DNA of 62,785 nucleotides, counting the filler, from Choristocarpus tenellus KU-1152 (taxonomy: Eukaryota; Protista; Phaeophyceae), in the NCBI GenBank assembly GCA_964200185.2. It is 11 parts of 11 records of this genome, joined end to end, with 100 filler letters (N's around TTAATTAATTAA, not from the genome) between each part and the next. Parts side by side here need not be neighbours in the genome. Positions count along the whole stretch, not along the records: positions 1 to 3,400 come from CAXNAD020020292.1; positions 3,501 to 6,091 come from CAXNAD020026474.1; positions 6,192 to 17,691 come from CAXNAD020002285.1; 8 more parts are not named here. The stretch is one strand, 5' to 3'. A model generated the notes under the pieces. It was not told the DNA's origin. It saw nothing but the letters and a program-made list of their open reading frames with translations, and made no database searches. A program made the position numbers and the translations under genes. Each line of letters starts with the position of its first letter. Position 1 is the stretch's first letter. This document shows, in pieces, positions 1 to 12,286 of this stretch.

Positions 1-72
1 ACCCAAAAATCGCGACATGAAAAAATTGACCCCAAATGGACAGCCGCCACCCCCTCCCAGATACTTTGAGCC
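1..72. mobile_element. MITE family A, terminal fragment
   Basis: Ends CCCCTCCCAGATACTTTGAGCC and is the reverse complement of the start of the complete copies at 55863-56039 and 62395-62570. Confidence 0.85.
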
Positions 73-386
73 TTTGTGACTTTGTTATATTTTTCCAAAC
101 TTTAGATATGGCTTTTTGTGAAACCCCTCGAGGAAGTAGTGAAAAAAAGTGAAGTTTGCTCGATATAAGAGAGAATTGGGAGGAAAATGCAAAAACCTCT
201 CTTATAGTCTGAAAAGTGGTGACAAGGCAATTTACCCTCTCTTATATCTTGTTTACTCTAATGTTCACCTCTCTTGTATAAGCACAGTGAGTGTACCTCC
301 ATCGCCATGATCCTACTCTGTATAAAAAAATAATATAAATACTAAAACTAGGTATATTTCTTCCAATCCAAATCAATAGAATATAG

Positions 387-472
387 TTAGGGCTTATACT
401 GACATGTGTATAGTTTTTCATTTGTTTCCCCCCTGACACATCTACAAAATGTCAGGGGGCATTATAATAAAA
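387..472 (+). mobile_element. Solo 3' end of RLE non-LTR retrotransposon (stem-loop plus TAA-rich tail)
   Basis: TAGGGCTTATACTGACATGTGTATAGTTTTTCATTTGTTTCCCCCCTGACACATCTACAAAATGTCAGGGGGCATTATAATAA matches the 3' UTR end of the ORF-bearing copy (51172-51260, minus strand). Perfect 10-bp stem at 429-438/450-459. Confidence 0.75.
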
Positions 473-939
473 ACTATTGTGGTTTGGAGGAAGTATTTTA
501 TAATTGAACTTTTTCCTTTTCAGTCCTTAGCAATTAATTTAACTAAATACTCATCTTCACACATATATTATTTTGCTCTTTGAAATTTCGAGATATGTAA
601 AAGTTTTAATGATATATTGTGCAAGAGTGCACTCTTTTGGTTGTTGTTGACTTGATTGAAAGAACTAACTCGCTAACGTTTTAGTGTGTAGAACTGTGAC
701 AGATTTGGAATAAAATTGGTTTGCAATATTCACTACTTTAGTTCAGTTCTTTCGGTTCAGAATCCTAAATAGAGTTAATCCTCACCATAAGAAAAATACT
801 TTTTCCAAAGGAAAATACTGTGGCTGACATAGGTTGTTAAGAATGAAAAAAGAAAGATGGAAAGTGTAAAATAATATGAAAAACATTTCATGTTCTGAAA
901 AATTTGGGATCAGAACCAGATTTCCAGAGTCATGTATAT

Positions 940-980
940 GTATTATATTATTATGCCTCTGACATTTTGCAGATGAGTCA
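940..980 (-). mobile_element. 3' end fragment of the same retrotransposon
   Basis: Reverse complement reads TGACTCATCTGCAAAATGTCAGAGGCATAATAATATAATA. Confidence 0.65.
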
Positions 981-1454
981 TTTATATTGTGGGATGAAAT
1001 TATGGGGCTGTCAAAAACGCTAGTTGCGTTGAAAACCCTTAGAACCTCAAGGTAACCGCTGATTCAATTCCTTCACACCCTCCAGCTCATTACAGTTTCT
1101 CATGAGATATTTGCGTGGCTCGGCGCAACCCATAACCAACAGTAGGGGACAATTGTTACCCACTGCACCTGTGATCTCAGTCAAATAAATGGATTTCGAC
1201 ATGATTGCGCGCACACTTTGTAATTGGTGACATTCACATCAATATCAATCACAGATATGTTCTGAGAATTCCCAGACCACTTGTTGTTGATCGTCCTAAT
1301 AGTATGACGTCAACTATCGGATCTGAGATTCAACTCAGGTTCATAACAACTTTTAATGGGTGTCTAGGGATGGATCATTGCCTTGTATGAGTTATTGACT
1401 TCCTCCCAAAGAGCGAAAGGTCACACATCCGATTTTCTAAGAGGTTGTCCACTA

Positions 1455-1800
1455 CTGAAAATACAACAACAGTTGTCATCAATGCAAAGATACCTCCCTA
1501 AAATATGTACCACTTGGAAACTAGCTATACAACAATTTCCCTTTAAATGTTATTCACTACTAAGTAATGCATGCACTAGCACTATGCTTCTAACCTACCC
1601 TAGACCTATGAAGGTGGATGATGAGAAGGTAGGGAAGCATCCCAAGAATCTGTGAGTCCCCTCCTTGCCCTACTGTCTGGTGTCTCAAGCTTGAAACGCA
1701 TGGTGTGCATCAAAAGAGACACTTGTCCAATAGCGGATACTAACTGCCTCAAACAAGACTTGGTAGTCCCTTTCCTGTAATACCCCCCAGCCCCTACTCA
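1455..1800 (-). mobile_element. Decayed RLE-type non-LTR retrotransposon, ORF C-terminus plus 3' UTR (copy 1)
   Basis: Minus strand translates RKGTTKSCLRQLVSAIGQVSLLMHTMRFKLETPDSRARRGLTDSWDASL, homologous to 51373-51642 and 39950-40300. The UTR aligns by eye with 39760-39950. Confidence 0.7.
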
Positions 1801-2350
1801 TGGTCAACTAAAGTGAAGCGTAATAGGTGAGGAGTCTTGGTGGCGTGTCATAAATGCTACTATTAGCTTAAACTCCTAAATTTCTACATGTTCTGCCTCT
1901 AGATGATTTTTTTTTCTTAGTCACTGTGAGATCATTCTTTGCTCATGTCATGTATGTGTGTCTCAGTTTTCTTATACATCTCAATTTAATGATAAAATTT
2001 ATAATCAAAGCGAGAAATCCAGCATATATGATGATATTTTTATTATAGCGACGTCTACAAGCCTCACCATCAGCGTACAGGCTTGTTGATTGGAGCTACA
2101 TATCCCATCAAGGTAAGATGCTGGGAGCTTTTGTAACACGGAGGTTCTATCTTGTCTCTTCATACCGAAGAGAACACTCAGCTCACCACACAACACTTTT
2201 GTTAACTCCTTGCGACGTCCTGGACTCATCTCATTCTCCATTTCTCTCAAATTGGGGGAAAGGGCCTGCATCGTGATGTCTGTGGCTCAGACGCTACATC
2301 TCCACCAAGGAATGGATCTTGCGGCCATATGCATTCACAGATGATTGCAT

Positions 2351-2575
2351 CAATGGCCTGGACTCGATATCATGACTTCAGTGTCTCTCTCTATGACCCT
2401 GAGGTTATGTGAGAGAGTGCAGGTTGCCTTACTTTGTGCACCAGGTCACATCGATGGCCTGCACTTGAGATAATGGCTTCAGGGTCTCTCTCTACAACCT
2501 TGAGGCTATGCAAGAGAGTGCAGATCAGCTCACTCTGTTTACAAAATCGAATCAATGGCCTTGCTCCAGACCATG
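2351..2575. repeat. Degenerate ~101-bp tandem repeat (~2.2 copies)
   Basis: C(A/G)ATGGCC recurs at 2351, 2452 and 2553. GTCTCTCTCTA...TGAGG.TATG..AGAGAGTGCAG is present in both full units. Confidence 0.6.
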
Positions 2576-3338
2576 ACTAGAAGGTCTTTCAATTGTGAAG
2601 GGAAGACCTCGAGGAAATGCAAGGGGGTGCTGGCAGCATTTTTGTTGTGTGTCCTGTGTATTTCAAGTTTCTATCAAGTAGGTTCTACCTTATTTGCTTA
2701 CTCACTCTCATCATCCACTGGTGCTCTCGCTGTTTATTTGAATTCACCTGCATTGTGAACACCGATTTCTGGTGAAGAATTAACCAGCAGTTCAACTAGT
2801 CACTACTCAGGCTCAGACTTGCACTGTCAATGTTTCCAAAAGGGCGGAAGGTTACTAAAGAACTGAAGACGTGCTTTGTCTGTCAGTCATAGGTACCCCT
2901 GTCAAGAACGTGTGCGACAAGGAAAAAGGAGAGGAGACTCGATACTTGAACTGAGTACCTCGAGAAGGAAACAAGAGAAGGGCAGGATCAGTTGAAATTT
3001 CCAGTCTTCAGGAGCAGTGACCAATAGTGCACTGGGGATGGGAAAGGGGGGCAGGAGATTGTTGCATACAGATGAATGGGCCACAATACCCTCCTAGATT
3101 TTGTCACAGTGAGGAGAGATTTTTTTTTATATAGCATCCCTTTTTTGTGATTGTGAGACATTTAATTTTTGTGCCAATTATTTGTTTGTGTTCATAGTTC
3201 TGAAGGGGGGAGAAGTCCTTCTATGACATCTCCCTATTTCTATATGTTTATGAGACATTTTTTTTCGGTGTTTATTCATGTTCACACTTCTAAAAGGGGG
3301 AGAGTCGTTCGATGTTAGTACCCTATATTTCGACGCGA

Positions 3339-3400
3339 GGGTCAAAGTATCTGGGGGGGGGGTGAAAAAAAAGAGTTGTTTGACTGAAACGGACGCGCCC
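3339..3400. mobile_element. MITE terminal fragment (GGGTCAAAGTATCTG-G-tract variant)
   Basis: TIR followed by a G-run, truncated at the contig end. Related ends at 6192-6261, ~6440-6485 and 46418-46483. Confidence 0.7.
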
Positions 3401-3500
3401 NNNNNNNNNNNNNNNNNNNNNNNNNNNNNNNNNNNNNNNNNNNNTTAATTAATTAANNNNNNNNNNNNNNNNNNNNNNNNNNNNNNNNNNNNNNNNNNNN
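3401..3500. other. Artificial contig spacer (44 N + TTAATTAATTAA + 44 N). Identical spacers at 6092-6191, 17692-17791, 23684-23783, 27722-27821, 30385-30484, 38073-38172, 46318-46417, 53075-53174 and 59469-59568
   Basis: The same 100-bp structure occurs ten times. TTAATTAATTAA puts stop codons in all six frames, typical of a linker used to concatenate contigs. Confidence 0.98.
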
Positions 3501-4057
3501 AAAAAAAAAAAAACAACAGGGGGGGGAGTGGTCAAAAAACTGGGGGCAAAAAAAAAAAAAAAAAAAAAGGGGGGGGGGGGGGGGGGGGGGGGGAAAGTAG
3601 TGGAGGGAGACTCGAAAGACTGCCGGGGCAGAGGAGGAGCAGTTTGTTCTGTAGCGGTGGGGTCATGTATGTAACCAATCAAATAGATCCCTACCCAAAG
3701 TTGTTCTCAAACAATTCACACTTTTACTGCAATCTCATACTCCACAGTACACTATTATTATTGCTATTGTTGATATTATTATCATTGCACAGTATAATAT
3801 ATTCACACCTTGCCCCAAACCTGCATATTTCCTTACCTAATATTATCAGTACTACTGCACAACTACTTCCACACCTTGCCCTGACCTTTCATCTCTTATC
3901 ACCAGAAGTATTATTATACAGTATACACATTTTCTTATCAATGCAGTCACTAGCACACCACATATTTCCGTACCTTGCCCTAATCCAAACTTAAAACAAT
4001 TCTAAGTCAGCACAGCAATCAAACGAGCAATTACAAAAATACATACAAACATACATA

Positions 4058-4094
<37 letters not shown>

Positions 4095-4479
4095 CCACGG
4101 GGAGTAAAAACCGACGCCTTGGAAGTTTGAGGCATGTAATAAAAAAATGAGAAATTGGTGAGATACACCCCTACAAAAATACCCCACTAATCTCCTTCAT
4201 CACATTTCAACACCACGAGGAGAACCCTTTCATAGACAAAACAGAAGGGAATACATCACATTTCATCCCTATTTCAGAGACTGGCTAATATGCGGCGTTT
4301 CCACCCTTGTTGAGGTGCTGAACCCCCCCCCCAACTGATCCGAGTTCAATTCCCTCTAAGCTTTCATACAGATGCAATCAATCCATGTAGTCACTCATCA
4401 CCATCGCACACTGACAGAACATACACAGCAAAATAATAAAAAAAATGTGACTCATTTTGAGTATGTACAGAGTACAGAC

Positions 4480-5980
4480 CGTTGACACTGGCGTAGTCTG
4501 CTTTGGCCCGGAGGCAGTAGGCCTCCACTTCCTTGTCCCCCTTGAGCAGCAGTTTAAAGAGGCGTTCGTTCTCCTTGGGTGGCGTATCCCGGCGGGTAGA
4601 GGGGGAAAATTCCATCCTCTCTTTCTGCATTTGTTCCTGCCGGCGCAAAACCACGGGAACGTGCGTGTAGCACACCACTATGACAGATATACTGGAAATA
4701 CTTAAAGTTAAAATACAGCTCCACATAACAAAAGAGGTTGCATAGACTGAAAAAAAACTTCTACTAGTACTGGTACTAGTACTACTACTACTGAAAACAT
4801 CGCAAAGGTGTCCCATGTCACAATCGCCAAGGTATCGGAGATATAGGAGACAGAGGTCTTCTTGCATGGAGCATGCAAGTCCTTACTACAGTGAGCATAA
4901 CTGTATCATGGGTGTATGTACATCCCAGTGACTTGTGATCCAGCTCCCCTGCCCCCCCAACAGAAACGATTATAGGGTTAGGGTTAAGGGGAACACTAGA
5001 TGAGTGCAAGGGTCTAGAAATGTGTATGGATGTACTCAGTGGGTTGAGGCAAGCAGAGGCTGGAGGGGGGTTAAACATTGGGATATCACTGTTCCACCTG
5101 AGTAAACAGTGCAACTGTCTGCCCTGGCGGAACAGTGACAAGGGGGTGGAAGGCAGAAGTTGGATGAATGTTCACTTACCTGAGGGGTATCGTCCATGTA
5201 CGCCTGACCAAGTTTGATCATTTGGAAGGCGTACTTCTCAAACTTATCAAAGTGGTCCGACGTGTGAGACTGAACATCAGGGTGCACCTGAGGAGCAACA
5301 ACACAACAGACCAGGATAGGAAGGAAGGAAGGGGTTGGGGGGGGGGGGAGGGGTACATCAATAACAACTCCCAAATGACAATAGCAGGGTTTGCGAATGC
5401 TTGGCAGTGGACTTGGGGAGGGGGTACTACTAGTCTGTGCAAAGGTTCTGTACAATTGCGATCCAAGTGAACAGTCCCGACTTGTCAGGTGTGATATCAG
5501 AGGCAGCATGGGGTAAAGAACAGTGAGGGGTTGGGGGGGGGGGACAAGGCCACTGCGTTAGGTGAATAGGATCTCAAAATATTACATAGGGTTGCAATAG
5601 TGGGATGGAAGGGCAACAGCAAGGGGTTATATACAGCAGGCAGGCCGTAAGGAAGAAGATGACAAAAAAGAGTGTATTTGCATTGAGTTACCTGTAACGT
5701 CTACACGGGCCACGATGCCCCCCCTCTACCAACCCCATGTCCCTCATTCTACACCCTCACATAACCTACCCAGCACAGTTGGGCAACTCACACCAAGAGT
5801 AGCAAGGTCCTTGATGATGGCATCAGCATACTCCTCCTTTTCCTTGGAGGGATTAGTGTCGTCGAACCGAACAATCAAACGCCCACCGTAGTGCTTGGCG
5901 TAGTACTGATTCAGCAGACATGCCTTTGCGTGACCAATGTGCAGGTAACCAGAAGGCTCAGGTGGGAAGCGGGTTACCAC
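4480..5980 (-). CDS. Cytosolic glutamyl-tRNA synthetase (class Ib, EPRS/Gus1-type catalytic domain), partial, 3 internal exons
   Basis: Exon 5980-5792: [20 protein letters not shown]...[14 protein letters not shown], with the HIGH motif. Exon 5287-5180: [14 protein letters not shown]...AYMDDTPQ. Exon 4636-4480: EQMQKER...[14 protein letters not shown]. All junctions are GT-AG and in phase. Confidence 0.93.
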
Positions 5981-6501
5981 CTGGAGAGATGAGGATGGCA
6001 CCAGGAAGGAGAGGGGGGGGGGGTGATGACCTTTGAAATGGTGAGAGAAAGAGATGGTGCGGACTAGGAGTTGGATTGTGGGATGTCAGAGNNNNNNNNN
6101 NNNNNNNNNNNNNNNNNNNNNNNNNNNNNNNNNNNTTAATTAATTAANNNNNNNNNNNNNNNNNNNNNNNNNNNNNNNNNNNNNNNNNNNNGGGTTGGTT
6201 TTCCGACGCGGGCGCCCCCTCCCTACCCCCCCCCCCCCCCCCCCCTCAGATACTTTGACCCGGTAGGAGAAAGTTTTGGTGTCTTTGGGTTAGGGTTAGG
6301 GTTGCTCTTTTGTAAAGATTATCTTTCTTGTTCGTATCCTCGTCCTCCTCTACTCCCTCTCCTAGCCCTAACCCTAACCCTGTGTGGAGGCTTTCATGCA
6401 ATTACATGGAACTTTTGAGGGTTAGGGTTAGGGGTGATTAACGGTTTTTGTTAACCACCCCCACCCCCCCAAGATACTTTGAACCCTCACGATGAATTGA
6501 T

Positions 6502-6798
6502 GACCCAAAGTATCCTTTTTTTTCTTTACAGGGTAGGAGACGCGTCCGTCTGGGGGGCCAAAATCCAACGTTGCGAAATTGATGTAATCTTGATGCAATT
6601 TTGGCTATCGTTTTTCTTAGGGAGTGTCAATATACACGTTCTGGACACATCTTGTCATAATGCATGTATCCATTTTACCTACTCCGAACACATTTTAGAG
6701 TGGGCAAAATGTCATAAAAGAACCCGTGGCAAGCCAAGGCCCCACGCGGACAAACAGGGCAAAAGGTCGTACCCTAACCCTAACATACTTTGTAACTC
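6502..6798. mobile_element. MITE family B, complete copy with 4-bp TSD (TGAT)
   Basis: GACCCAAAGTATC...ATACTTTGTAACTC, flanked by TGAT at 6498-6501 and 6799-6802. The interior is the reverse-complement homolog of 46647-46904. Confidence 0.8.
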
Positions 6799-7414
6799 TG
6801 ATGCTGCTTGACATTTATGCACACACACAAAAGTTAAGAAGATACAACCCTCCGAACAAATACCAAACATTGCAGCACCCTAACCCTAACCCGTTAAAAC
6901 ATACCCAGCCCTAACCCTAACCCGGTAAAACATACCCAGCACTAGCCCTAGCCCTAACCCTTTAACGCCGAGGAAGATTTTTTTTTTCTAATCCACAACA
7001 AAAAACGATAGGACTAGAAAAGGTTGAAATGATTCAGACCTTGCCATTAAAAAAGAAAAAAAAAATTGCACGAATCTTTCCTTTTCACACCACATGCATT
7101 CAAAACACTACCACTGTTTGCCTTCCATAGGGTTAGGGCTAAGGGTTAGCACCCCAGCATCTCACTACGCCCTGTGCACAAACAATAACAGTAACAGTAG
7201 CAGGAAGAAAACAAACAAAAGAATGAACTACTTTTCTTTTTTTTTCTTTTTTTCATGTCATTCATAGAAAAAAAAAAATGTATGTGGTTATGTCATTTAG
7301 AGTGTTTTGCCCTTCTTGTCATTTGTTGGGTACATCTTGTGCTCCTACTTCTTATCTAGACACACTATTTCTGCCCCTTTCTGATACCATGCTTTTTTGT
7401 TTTTTAAGATTCTA

Positions 7415-7615
7415 CCATGTTGTACATAGATTGATAGGTCTCCTCCTCCACAATAAGGTAACACCTTGAGATGCTGCTGCTGTTACTAATGTTGTACGCA
7501 GATAGGTCTCCTCCCCCACATTAAGGTAACACCTTGAGATGCTACTACTGTTACCAATGTTGTAAGCAGATAGGTCTCCTCCTCCACAGTAAGATAACAC
7601 CTTGAGATACTACTA
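7415..7615. repeat. 68-bp tandem repeat (~3 copies), intronic
   Basis: GATAGGTCTCCTCC.CCACA.TAAG.TAACACCTTGAGAT starts at 7433, 7501 and 7569. Confidence 0.85.
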
Positions 7616-8046
7616 CACTTTCCACTAACCCCAACCCTAACCCTAACCTCAACCTAATGCACACTGTGAATAAAAAAACAAAAAAATCAATCTATCAATA
7701 CACTTCACCCTCTGCCACTATGAAATCAAGACACACGGCGTAGACAGTTACCCTGTACTGTCCCGATAGAGTCCCGATGCAAGGGTAAAAAAAAAAACTA
7801 CTAGACCGAATTTGAAAATAACCCAATAATAAATAACAAAAAAAAAAAGGGAAACTTTTAAGAAAAACACATCAGAGAATAAATATACGCAATTAATAGG
7901 CAGTTCATATTTTTCTAAACAAAAAAAAAAAAAGTTTACAAAAAAGGAGAAAAAAAAAAGAAAAAAAAAAAATAAAAATTTTTAAAAAAAAAAAAAAAAA
8001 AAGTTTACAAAAAAGGAGAAAAAAAAAAGAAAAAAAAGAGACTGAC

Positions 8047-11000
8047 CTCTGTGGTCTCTGAGGACGACAGCGTTTCGCCCTGAGTCAGGATGTGAAGCAG
8101 CTTAGTAATCAGCTGCCCGCACCTCCGGGGGTGATTGGTGACCACGTTGCTATCACTAAATACCCTACACTCCTGCAGTACTGTAGCCTTCTCCAGATCA
8201 CTGTACGGCGAAACTGTCAGAAACAGCATTAAAAAAAAATTAAAAGCATTAGAATGCAATGAGAAGGGTAAGGTCTTAGACAGCAAAGAATAAAAATATA
8301 TATAACATGAGAGTATAAAAAAAATGTTGAACTTAATTATTTACCTACATGTACCTATAAACTTGACAAAAAAAAAAACTAACCCCTATCATCAAAATGT
8401 TTCCTGCAGTTCTTGTTTATTGAAAGCACGACATATGATGTCCTAATAATACCCTAACCCTAACCCTAACCCTAACCCCAAGCAAATACAGTGTACTTGT
8501 ACATAGCAGTCAAGTCCCTAACCCTAACCCTAACCACAGGATGATTTAGAACAGCTTGAACAAAGGATTAAAAAACTGAGGTGGGATGGTAAGTCACGTT
8601 CTTCAGGTTATATAGGGTTAGGGAGAGAGAGAGAGAGAGTTTTGTATTGATGTTCCAAAGGCTATGTATGTGTTGACAGGGAAAAACTTCCTCCTGTGCA
8701 TCATACCACAAAGAGCTACCCAATCGGAAGAGATACACAACGAAAGGAGCCCTTTCATTGGTCAATCCCCTTCGTTGTCACCACCAAAAGGAGCCCTTTC
8801 ATTGGTCAATCCCTTTCGTTGTCACCACCAAAACACTTCATCACAACTCACTACATTGGGCACTTACATTACCTATTCTTTGAGAAATATTATCTTCCAA
8901 TTTGGTAACATACCTATGCATCATCTACACTCCAACGGGAACCTTTCTGCCTTGAAGATCAGGGCCTTGGGATACTACACTAGTAGGAAGGTCATGTGCA
9001 CAAAGCAGGACTCTCAGTATGTGGATTTTCTAGACATTGGCTTTGCACCCAGGAAGAGATCCACAGTGTGTTCACTGCACAGGTGGCAACACCATTCCAA
9101 TATTTTTAGATGACAGAACGTCCCACTTCATACCAATGCAACTGCCATTTAAAATCATTCATCGAAATCATTAATGGTAATCACAGGAATGGTCTACTCT
9201 CCAATATTGAATTTCAAAGGTTTTTCCTGCCAGCAATACAGACTCTTGTTCTTGTTGCTTTTTATTTTATTTTATTTTATTATTATTTACTTGATCCTTT
9301 TACTTTTTATTTTATTTTATTATTCACCTGTGTGTTTTTTTAAACTCTGTGTGCAAAACATCAGAGGGTATAATAATAATAATAATAATTAACAGTACAA
9401 TATATATATAATATACATATATACTGGGCATCATGGACAGAATGATTCTTGTCTCCACATGTGTCCTGCATTGTGATCTCAAAGTTACAATGTCCTACTT
9501 GCCCCAGGAAATAAAATATGTATATATGTATGTATGTATACATATTTTTTTGCAGCAACACGAGGGAAGTGCTTTCAAGACTGACTGATCTATCAAGTAC
9601 TACCCTAACCCATAACATATCTATAACACCACTAAAAAAAAATGGAGAGTTGCAACTGACAAAATATGGCAGGTTAAGGTTAGGGTTAGGGTTAGGGTTA
9701 GTAAGGTATTGATGGAGTAAGGTAGGAGTTGAGAGGCATCATATTGTAGCCCCCTTTTCCACATTCTTACGGTAGCACCCAATAACCTTAACCCTAACCC
9801 TAACTGCCATAGAAAAGAAAAAAAAGACAGATTATGAACATCCATTGGGTTAGGGTTAGGGTTAGACTCATGGTGGAACAGAAGACAAATCGTCGTACTT
9901 CAACATTAATACCATGAAGATACAAGGAGAGGGATCCACCAATCAAGATTCAAAATAAATAAGATTTAACGAGTCTGAAAAGTGTATGGGCGCATAAGAA
10001 CATAAGAACATAAGAAAACATACTCATGATGTGTATGTATGTAGGCATCATACATGTTCTATAAAGGCAAGGGTTAGGGTTAGGGTTAGCGCGTAACAAA
10101 GTCATGGTTTCATCCAGGGTTAGGGTTAGGGTTTCATACTGTCAGGGACAATTTTGAAAAGGGATAGGATTACAAATATAGGCAGAGTTGGGGTTAAGGT
10201 TAGTTTACCAAAGTTCACCACACCAGGTACCGCTTATGTATACACACCATACATTACTTCCATTAAAAAAAAAATGGGGTGGTTGCTAAGAAAGATTCGA
10301 TAATAAAAACCAAATTTCTCCTAAAAAAGAACAGGCATGGATGACCCAGGATAGACAACAGTACAAACTTGATCTTCACCAGTATGTGTTCCACCCAAAA
10401 ATACTGTGAAGAGCTCTTTGCCCACAGCCCTTCCAACCCTAACCCTAATCCCAAACAAAAAAATGTCCACATTAATTATAAAAAATGCCACATACACACA
10501 CAAAAAAAAAATAATCCTACATCTTGAAAAGTCTGATAGAGGTCCCAATTGTAAAGATAAGAAAGATCCAAAACTGTGGTACAGGACGATAGACGTATGT
10601 TGGTGTATCGCCCACAGCAGTATGTGTGTAGAAAAAAATATTGTTTGCACTGCATTCACACCTTCAACTTATGGGGGTACAAAGGATATTTGATAATATA
10701 GGGACCTCACCCCCACCAAACAAACTACAGTCCGCTGTGGGTTATCAGTGGTAGCATGTGGTACTGTAGGTACAACCTGTTGTTCGGGGTGGTTCTCAGT
10801 GGTACCATTACAGTACTTTAGGAAAACCTACAGTTGGGTCCTAGTACTCAACAGTACCATATGGTACTGTACCAGTTAGCCATGAAGTTTTCACAGTCCT
10901 GTCGAGTGCAACTTAGGTCTTGTTATTACATCGTTATTAGGGTTAACCCTAACCCTCATTATTACATCGTTATTACATCCAAATTTAGTCAAAAACAAGT

Positions 11001-12286
11001 GTACACGCGCCAATTTTTTTTGCTTGGTAGGCTTGGCGCCATAGTGAACAACAAGTGTGCGTTACTTCTACATACAGTGTGACCCAAGCCTAAACATGAC
11101 CCTAATCACAGAATATGGTGGGAAAACAATGCTCTTGAAGGCCCTACATGATCAGAGGCTAGCTTGTGATCACATTAGAAATAGGACTGGGTAAATTACA
11201 AGGTATGAGTCAAAAACACGAAAATTGGAGTTGGGTAGGGTTAGGGTTACAAGACTTGAGTAGTTCTTGCAAGGAACAAATTCAAACCCTCTCAGCACTA
11301 TTGAACTGTAATGTGTGTAGTAGATGAAAACACCTGAGACCAACACCCAAAGCACACCCCCAAATCCAAGAGATGAAGCATATTGTTACATTCATTCACA
11401 TACTTAAAAAGGAAGTATGACGGTTTGATGACTTTCATTGAGGGTTGCGGTTATAGGTTACTCACTGCCAAGAGATAAGATTTGGGGTCAGAAGACATGG
11501 GTCTTAAATGAGTAATATAGAACTGAAAACCCAGAAAATAACTCTATGGGAAACATTTTCGGTGCAGGTTTCACTTTGAGACAAGATCAAGGAGTGAGAG
11601 GAATAGACAGACCCATTGCTGACCAGACCATCCTCACGTTAAATTGTTGGAACGCAAACACTAAACAGAGACTTCATCCAAGTCACACCTCCATGCAACT
11701 ACATGTCTAAATAAATATACTGAAAAATGAAATGAGAATATTAATATAGATATCATAGAAAATGGCATGTAAGACAAACGGCATGTGTACAACCCGACTT
11801 TCCAGCGAATTGATAATGGGATAGAGAGGAGTTCATAGCTTGCATTTAATGTTTTCTGCTTCTTGTAGAGGTTAGAAAAGGGCCAGGGATAAGGGTCGGC
11901 ATCTTCTGCCCGAATAGAGGTGACTTGGGGACAAAACAAACATGAGTGTCGACTTGCAATATTGATGCCCAGAAAGTGACTTTAAACGCAGCACAGGCAA
12001 TAGTGCAGTACACTATCGAGAAGAGAATATATTGTCGACACTTGTGACGTATTTCCATCATTCTAAAAAATATCCGGGTGGGTGACAGTGTGTGTGTTTT
12101 GTACTACTGATCATGTGATGGGCAAACCTGCATGCCAATGTTTCACTCACAATCGTCCTCGTCATCATTTTTGAACTTGTCCTTGAGAACCTGGATCTCC
12201 TTCAGCACATTGCTTACAGTCAGTGGCCTCTCCATCCCCGCCTCCCCCATCCCAGGTAATCCTCCATTGCCATTCATATCGTTCAT
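8047..12286 (-). CDS. COPG: Coatomer subunit gamma, 5' part (exons 1-2)
   Basis: Exon 1 at 12286-12151 (MNDMNGNGG...KDKFKNDDEDD+T). A 3.9-kb phase-1 intron follows. Exon 2 at 8213-8047 gives FSPYSDLEKATVLQECRVFSDSNVVTNHPRRCGQLITKLLHILTQGETLSSSETTE, the conserved gamma-COP N-terminus. Later exons were not found on this contig. Confidence 0.92.
8744..8833. repeat. ~44-bp direct tandem duplication in COPG intron 1
   Basis: AAGGAGCCCTTTCATTGGTCAATCCC.TTCGTTGTCACCACCAA x2. Confidence 0.85.

Noticed and set aside
7921-8040. Duplicated A-rich block next to the COPG exon 2 donor
   Set aside because: Low-complexity homopolymer context, so it is likely slippage or an assembly artefact.
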